Source: Terracidiphilus sp.
GTDB lineage: Bacteria; Acidobacteriota; Terriglobia; Terriglobales; Acidobacteriaceae
NCBI GenBank assembly: GCA_035550015.1
Contig: DASZRJ010000015.1
Location: forward strand, 73,521 to 137,520
DNA: 64,000 nucleotides
Reading direction: 5' to 3'
The position numbers and the translations under genes were made by a program. Below, one piece after another: positions 59,003 through 64,000 of the stretch. Below the pieces are notes generated by a model. It worked only from the letters and a program-made list of their open reading frames with translations, had not been told where the DNA came from and did not search any database. Position 1 is the first letter of the stretch, and the number at the start of each line of letters is the position of its first letter.

Positions 59003-59980
59003 TCAGGCTGTTGACGATGCCATCCGCTTCAGCCCTTCTTCCGCCAGCTCCGCCACTGCGTGCGCCAGCATTGGAGATGCATTCAACGATTCCGGCCTCT
59101 CCAGCCGCAGCCCCAACCTCTTCGCGTGTTCTTTGAAGGCGATATCTACGTCGTACAAAATCTCCACGTGATCGCAGAGAAATCCGATCGGCTGCAGCAC
59201 AACCGTTTTCACGCCCTCGGTTGCAATCTTCTCCAGTGTTTCTTCCACTGTGGGCCCAATCCACGGCCCCCCGCTCGCACCCTGGCTTTGGAACGCAAAC
59301 CACCACTTCGGAATCTCCGGCACACGCTCTGCCACCAGAGCCGCAGTCGTGCGCGCATCTTCCGCATAAGGGTCGGGTCCTTGTCCGGCAGGCCAGTGCC
59401 GCGGCGCGCCTGTCTCTCCAGCTGCGGGCGGCTCCACCGTCCTGGTCGGCACAGAATGTGCCGTAAACAATACCGGAGGAATATCCCCTGTCTCTGCCTT
59501 CACCTCACCCAGCTTCGCCCGCAGGCGCTCTGCAAACGCATCGGCCAGCAGCCCATTCCGCGCCCACCCTTCGGTGAAATCGAATTTCAACGTTCCGGCT
59601 TCTGCTTCCACCGCGCGTTTGTAAAGCCCCACGCTCGTGCGAGAATTCTGCGGAGCCAGGCAAATTACCGCCGCCTCTTCCACGCCATCGGCACGCATCT
59701 GCTTCACCACATCGGGAATATAGGGCCGCCAGTTGCGCATACCCACATACACCTTCACAGCCGCACCCTTCGCGGCCAACTCGGCCTCCACAAGCCGCGC
59801 ATGTTCCATCGTCAGCTCGGTCAGCGGGCTCCGCCCAATCAGCCCATACCGGTGCTGAATCTCTTCCACCACATGTTGCGGCATCGGCCGCCCGCTCACC
59901 ACATTGCGCAAATATTCCGGAATCTGCTCCACCGTCTCCGGCGTTCCATGCGCCAGCAACAGCACTGCCCGCTTCCCCAT
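59003..59980 (-). CDS. hemH: Ferrochelatase (coproporphyrin-ferrochelatase-like sequence)
   Basis: LLAHGTP, RYGLIGRSPL, FTAHSVP, FQSQG, WIGP, GFLCDHVEILYDVD. Confidence 0.93.
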   Translation of the reverse strand: MGKRAVLLLAHGTPETVEQIPEYLRNVVSGRPMPQHVVEEIQHRYGLIGRSPLTELTMEHARLVEAELAAKGAAVKVYVGMRNWRPYIPDVVKQMRADGVEEAAVICLAPQNSRTSVGLYKRAVEAEAGTLKFDFTEGWARNGLLADAFAERLRAKLGEVKAETGDIPPVLFTAHSVPTRTVEPPAAGETGAPRHWPAGQGPDPYAEDARTTAALVAERVPEIPKWWFAFQSQGASGGPWIGPTVEETLEKIATEGVKTVVLQPIGFLCDHVEILYDVDIAFKEHAKRLGLRLERPESLNASPMLAHAVAELAEEGLKRMASSTA

Positions 59981-60038
59981 CGCTACCCTTTCTCAATCAC
60001 CGCGGCAGAATCAGTCTCAAGCGTCTGTTGTGCCACAT

Positions 60039-60073
60039 CCACTGAACACTGATCACTGACCTCTGATCACTGT
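60039..60073 (+). repeat. Five tandem imperfect heptamers (NCACTGA) over the hemE stop
   Basis: CCACTGA ACACTGA TCACTGA CCTCTGA TCACTGT. Confidence 0.8.
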
Positions 60074-61137
60074 TCAAGCCGAAAGGCTTGAACCATCTTC
60101 GCCACCGCTTGCACATGCTCCACCGGCGTGCCCGGCACAATTCCATGCCCAAGGTTGAAGATGTGTCCCGGCCGTCCATTCGCCGCGCGCAGAATCTCCT
60201 TCACCCGCTGCTCCAGAATCTCCAGCGGCGCAAACAGAGTAATCGGATCCAGGTTGCCCTGCACCGCATGATGCTCGCCTACCGCGCGCCAGCCTTCGTC
60301 CAGTGGCTGCCGCCAATCCAGGCCGATCACGTCCGCGCCCGTCTCGGCCATCTGCGTCAGCAGACCCGCCGTCTCCACGCCGAAATAGATCACCGGCACG
60401 CCCATCTCCTGCACTGCGCGTACCAGTCGTTTCGACGCTTCAAACGCATAATCGCGATAATCCGTCAGGCTCAGCGCACCCACCCACGAGTCGAAAATCT
60501 GAATCACATCCGCGCCTGCCTGCACCTGCTGGCGGCAATACTCCGTCAGCACGGTAACAATCTTTTCCAACAGGCCATTCCATGCCGCGGTGTTCTGATA
60601 CATCAGCTTTTTCGTCTCGATGTAATTCCGAGAGCCGCCGCCCTCGATCATGTAGCTTGCCAGCGTAAACGGCGCGCCGCAAAATCCTATGATGCCCAGC
60701 CTGTCGCGAAAGTGCGCTGCTACCTTCTCGATCGCGCGCGCCACGTAGCCAAGTTCCGCCGCACGATCCGTGCGTAGCGCGAGTACGTCTTCAGCCGTTC
60801 GCACCGGCCTGTGTACCACCGGCCCCTCGCCTGCCTGGAACTCAAAGTCCAGTCCCATCGGTTCCAGCGGCAATAACAGATCGGCAAAGATAATCGCCGC
60901 ATCCACGCCCAGCTTCTCTGCCGCGGTAATCGTAACCTCGGCCGCCAGCTCAGGCTGCTTGCAGATTTCCACCAGCGTATGGTGCTTGCGCACATCGCGA
61001 TACTCCTGCATGTACCGCCCCGCCTGCCGCAAAAACCACACCGGCGTGCGATCTACAGGCTTGCGCAAGCACGCCCTCACGAAGCGCGTTCCACTCAGCA
61101 CCGAGTCCTCGGCGCTGTCCGTCACAATCGAACTCAT
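60067..61137 (-). CDS. hemE: Uroporphyrinogen decarboxylase
   Basis: PVWFLRQAGRY, AAIIFADLL, IGFCGAPFTLASY, QIFDSW, QGNLDP, FNLGHG. Confidence 0.97.
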   Translation of the reverse strand: MSSIVTDSAEDSVLSGTRFVRACLRKPVDRTPVWFLRQAGRYMQEYRDVRKHHTLVEICKQPELAAEVTITAAEKLGVDAAIIFADLLLPLEPMGLDFEFQAGEGPVVHRPVRTAEDVLALRTDRAAELGYVARAIEKVAAHFRDRLGIIGFCGAPFTLASYMIEGGGSRNYIETKKLMYQNTAAWNGLLEKIVTVLTEYCRQQVQAGADVIQIFDSWVGALSLTDYRDYAFEASKRLVRAVQEMGVPVIYFGVETAGLLTQMAETGADVIGLDWRQPLDEGWRAVGEHHAVQGNLDPITLFAPLEILEQRVKEILRAANGRPGHIFNLGHGIVPGTPVEHVQAVAKMVQAFRLEQ

Positions 61138-61277
61138 ATACACACAATTTTACCGGCTCGTGTGGCACAAGATGTGTTTCCAGTGATATGGCTTTGCATT
61201 TCACGGGAACCGCCGCCCTGTGTTGTTCGTATCATGCATTAACCCGAACTCTGTCCGTCCATTCCCGAGAGGTTCCC

Positions 61278-61976
61278 ATGCACTACCCTTCGCATGATCC
61301 TTTGTGGATGCACGCTCTTCTTGCCCTTCACGTGACAGCCGGAGCCGCCGCCTTCGTCTTCGCCCCCATAGCCCTCGTTACGGCCAAAGGCAGCCGCGCG
61401 CATCGCCGTTGGGGTGGCTTTTATTTCTGGTGCATGATGATTGTTGCTGCCACTGCGCTCGTCATGGCCCTCTGGCGGCCCATCCTCTTCCTTGCACTCA
61501 TCGCCGTCTTTAGCGCCTACACGGCCTTTGCAGCCCGTCGAGTACTCGCGCAAAAGGCTGCGGCATACGGCAAGCCCGTCACAAAACCCATTGACTGGGT
61601 CGCCGCCGCGCTCTGCATGGCCGCAGGAGCAGCACTCGTCGTGCTCGGCTTCTTCCGCCCTCAGCTCGTCAGTAACCTGCGCATCCCGGCCGTCATTTTC
61701 GGTCTCGTCGCCATGCGCATCGCCGCGCGTTCCATCCAGCGCTTTCTCTATCCGCCTGCCGACAAAATGTTCTGGTGGTACGCCCATCTGCAGGGCATGA
61801 TCGGCAGCTACCTCGCCGCATGGACCGCCTTCACTCTCGTCACCATCGGCCCGCTGCTCCCCGGAGCCTGGTGGCTTTGGCTCGTCCCCATCTCCGTCGG
61901 CATCCCAGCCATCATCGCAACAACCGCGTATTATCAGCGCAAGTTCAACGCGCGCACCACGGCGGCCGTCAGCTAG
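61278..61976 (+). CDS. DUF2306-like membrane protein
   Basis: LHVTAG...KGSRAHRRWG, WWYAHLQGMIGSY, 6-7 TM; RBS GAGG before ATG 61278. Confidence 0.75.
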   Translation: MHYPSHDPLWMHALLALHVTAGAAAFVFAPIALVTAKGSRAHRRWGGFYFWCMMIVAATALVMALWRPILFLALIAVFSAYTAFAARRVLAQKAAAYGKPVTKPIDWVAAALCMAAGAALVVLGFFRPQLVSNLRIPAVIFGLVAMRIAARSIQRFLYPPADKMFWWYAHLQGMIGSYLAAWTAFTLVTIGPLLPGAWWLWLVPISVGIPAIIATTAYYQRKFNARTTAAVS

Positions 61977-62175
61977 ATAGCCGCGCCCAGCCTTGCACAA
62001 AGCGCAGCGGCAGCATACTCAGCCACAAATTGCACGTCCATCAATGGTTTTCTGCCTTCAGTACTAACTCATACCACTTGCGCCTCTCTCCTCATGTGCA
62101 ATCCGCCGCGAAAATCTGTATCGTATCTACTGAGTTCCGTAACACAACGCGAGGCAATGCCGCACACTGTTCACT

Positions 62176-62206
62176 TGGATGAAGGAATCATTCTGCACTT
62201 CATCCA
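62176..62206. promoter_or_regulatory. 9-bp inverted repeat upstream of the DUF2946-like uORF
   Basis: TGGATGAAG-N13-CTTCATCCA, with an inner GAAT-C-ATTC. Confidence 0.45.
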
Positions 62207-62209
62207 CAG

Positions 62210-62716
62210 ATGCAGCCGCCAAGCTTCCCCTCGCAAACCACAAACAGGAGCATTCACGCACCGGTGACATTTTGGCCACGATGGACGCACGCGCTGGCTC
62301 CTTCCCGCTGGAAGTGGCTGAACACAGACGTCTGTGCGCATGCGCTGCTCAGCCTGTTTCTGGTTCTGCCCATGCTGTCTCCGCTCCTCGTCTTCCCCTC
62401 GGAAACCGGCATGCAGACCGCCTGCTGCTGCAAGAGCGACAGTGAATGCCACTGTCCCCTCTGCAAAATGCACAAGCACGCACATCCGCAATCCGGCCAA
62501 ACCGTTTTCTCCGCGCCGGGGTCGAAATGCCCGTGCTGCCCATCCCAGTTGCCCGGTCAACTGTCCATCCAGTTCACTCTTGGCTCGGTAAATCCAGTCG
62601 TTGCCGGCCTGATCGCGCATCCCGCTGGCCTTCCGCAAACTGAAGCGCGCCAGCGCCTCACCAATATTCGCGTTCGCCAGAAGCGCGGACCGCCCTCTCT
62701 CCTCATCGCAAGCTAG
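62210..62716 (+). CDS. DUF2946/CruR-like Cys/His-rich leader protein with C-terminal RGPP (start uncertain, 62210 or GTG 62264)
   Basis: Hydrophobic N-segment, ACCCKSDSECHCPLCKMHKHAH, CPCC, RQKRGPP at 62684-62695; 84 nt upstream of a TonB-dependent receptor. Confidence 0.72.
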   Translation: MQPPSFPSQTTNRSIHAPVTFWPRWTHALAPSRWKWLNTDVCAHALLSLFLVLPMLSPLLVFPSETGMQTACCCKSDSECHCPLCKMHKHAHPQSGQTVFSAPGSKCPCCPSQLPGQLSIQFTLGSVNPVVAGLIAHPAGLPQTEARQRLTNIRVRQKRGPPSLLIAS

Positions 62717-62720
62717 GCAA

Positions 62721-62762
62721 GCACCGCGATTCACCTGGGTCTTCGCACTCAGGCGGTGGTGC
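62721..62762 (+). promoter_or_regulatory. Stem-loop between uORF and receptor
   Basis: Inner stem CCTGGGT-cttcgc-ACTCAGG (one G-U), outer GCACC/GGTGC, followed by GTTTATT. Confidence 0.5.
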
Positions 62763-62800
62763 GTTTATTCCCCTGCATCAACGATATAGGAGAGTCAATA

Positions 62801-64000
62801 ATGCAATTTCGCCGCGGGCTGGCAATTACCGCCCTCTGTACCGCAATCATGCTCTTATTCCCCGCCCTTGCTGCCGCCCAATCCGGCAGCGCGCAGATTC
62901 ACGGCAGCCTTACCGACCGCACTGGCGCTGTGCTCACCGGCGCAACCGTAACCGTTCGCGACGCCGCAACAGGCCAAAGCTCGAGCGTCACCACAAACTC
63001 CACTGGTAATTACTCCATCACCGGACTCGCGCCAGGCCGTTATACCCTTCGCGTTAACCAGAGCGGCTTCTCGCAGCTCGTCACCACCGTCCGCCTCCGC
63101 GCCGGCCAGGATCTCGACGAGCCTCTCGTACTCGGTCTCGCCTCCGTTGTGCAGCAGGTCACCGTCTCCAGCGGGCCCACAGACGACGGCCTCACTTCGA
63201 AGACCATCCGCGAAGGCGGCGCGCGTGATCTCGGTGAAGCCACATCGAATCTCGCCGGCGTTGACATGGTCCGCAAAGCCGCCGTCGCCAATGACATCGC
63301 CATCCGCGGCATGTTCCACAGCAACATCGCCATGAGCTTTGACGGCGAGCGCATGTACGGCGCCTGCACCAGTCAGATGGACCCCGCTGCCTATCACGTC
63401 GATCTCTCCGAAGTCGATCACGTCGACGTCGTCAAGGGGCCTTTCGATGTCACCACCCAGGGCTCCATGGGCGGCTATGTCAAAGTCATCACCAAAACGC
63501 CTGACGCCAGCGGCTTCCTGCTTCGCACCAACGTCTCCACCGGCTCTTACGGTTACTACAACCCCTCAGGCACACTGCAAATCGGCGGAGACAACCTCCA
63601 TTCGCTCTTCGGCTACTCGTATCGCACCTCCGAGTTCTACCGCGATGGCGATGGCAATAACGTCGCCAGCCTTGCCTCTTATCGAAACGGCAATGAGAAC
63701 CTGCAGGCCTTTCGCACGCAAAGCATATGGACCAAACTCGCCTTCCAGCCCACCGCCAACCAGCGCGGAGAAATTGCCTACACCCGCCAGCAGAGCGGCG
63801 AAGTGCTCTATCCCTACATGATGATGGACGGCATCTTCGACAATGGCGATCGCTTCGATCTGCGCTACGACATCCTCAAGCCGCACGGCTGGGTCAATGC
63901 CGCCCATGGCCAGGCCTACCTCGACAAGGTCAACCACCTCATGGACAATCGCCTTCGCGCCAGCGCCGGTTCGCTTCCCAATTCCATGAGCGCGCAAGTG
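62801..64000 (+). CDS. TonB-dependent receptor, OprC/NosA-like copper transporter, 3'-truncated (not in ORF track)
   Basis: RBS AGGAGAG, ATG 62801, signal peptide, carboxypeptidase-regulatory-like domain (GSLTDRTGAVLTGATVTV), plug (IRG, VKGPFD), CTSQMD (Cys189, Met193) and HLMDN (His379, Met381); frame open to the window end. Confidence 0.88.
   Translation, partial: MQFRRGLAITALCTAIMLLFPALAAAQSGSAQIHGSLTDRTGAVLTGATVTVRDAATGQSSSVTTNSTGNYSITGLAPGRYTLRVNQSGFSQLVTTVRLRAGQDLDEPLVLGLASVVQQVTVSSGPTDDGLTSKTIREGGARDLGEATSNLAGVDMVRKAAVANDIAIRGMFHSNIAMSFDGERMYGACTSQMDPAAYHVDLSEVDHVDVVKGPFDVTTQGSMGGYVKVITKTPDASGFLLRTNVSTGSYGYYNPSGTLQIGGDNLHSLFGYSYRTSEFYRDGDGNNVASLASYRNGNENLQAFRTQSIWTKLAFQPTANQRGEIAYTRQQSGEVLYPYMMMDGIFDNGDRFDLRYDILKPHGWVNAAHGQAYLDKVNHLMDNRLRASAGSLPNSMSAQV

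Noticed and set aside
62171-63997. Track ORFs 62171-62734 (-), 62855-63421 (-), 63339-63821 (+), 63566-63997 (-)
   Set aside because: Shadows or off-frame ORFs of the uORF and of the receptor frame starting at 62801.
1-64000. CRISPR arrays, tRNA/rRNA, IS elements, prophage, defence systems
   Set aside because: No spaced direct repeats, RNA-gene signatures, or transposase, integrase or phage motifs seen by eye; covariance-model searches were not run.

Overview
About 64 kb of GC-rich bacterial chromosome, most likely Acidobacteriaceae. This is inferred from an acidobacterial-type duplicated orphan ABC permease, a 7TM-SpoIIE phosphatase and a carboxypeptidase-regulatory-domain TonB-dependent receptor. 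Housekeeping genes (xseA, glmM, polA, queA, recG, acpS, leuS, nfo, nagA, hemH, hemE) surround two accessory systems. (1) An ~18 kb Tad/Flp (type IVc) pilus locus at 5885-23879 with unusual architecture: a GT87-GT2-GT87 lipid-linked glycosylation cassette directly behind the pilin, two DUF192 proteins (one fused to an intact PilZ domain), a TonB-like protein, an unannotated 31-aa membrane peptide after tadC, and a divergent sigma54 activator. Matching -24/-12 boxes lie upstream of flp (with an IHF consensus site) and cpaA. No tadD/E/F/G is present in the window. (2) At the right edge, a Cys/His-rich DUF2946-like upstream ORF ending in an RGPP arrest-like motif, then a hairpin, then a truncated TonB-dependent receptor carrying both halves of the OprC copper site (CxxxM and HxM), which looks like a copper-responsive leader-peptide system. 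Three real ORFs are absent from the supplied track: an Hpt fragment (2-280), the 31-aa peptide (16801-16896) and the receptor (62801 to the window end). I found no rRNA, tRNA, CRISPR array, transposase or integrase. All family assignments come from motif recognition by eye; no database searches were run.
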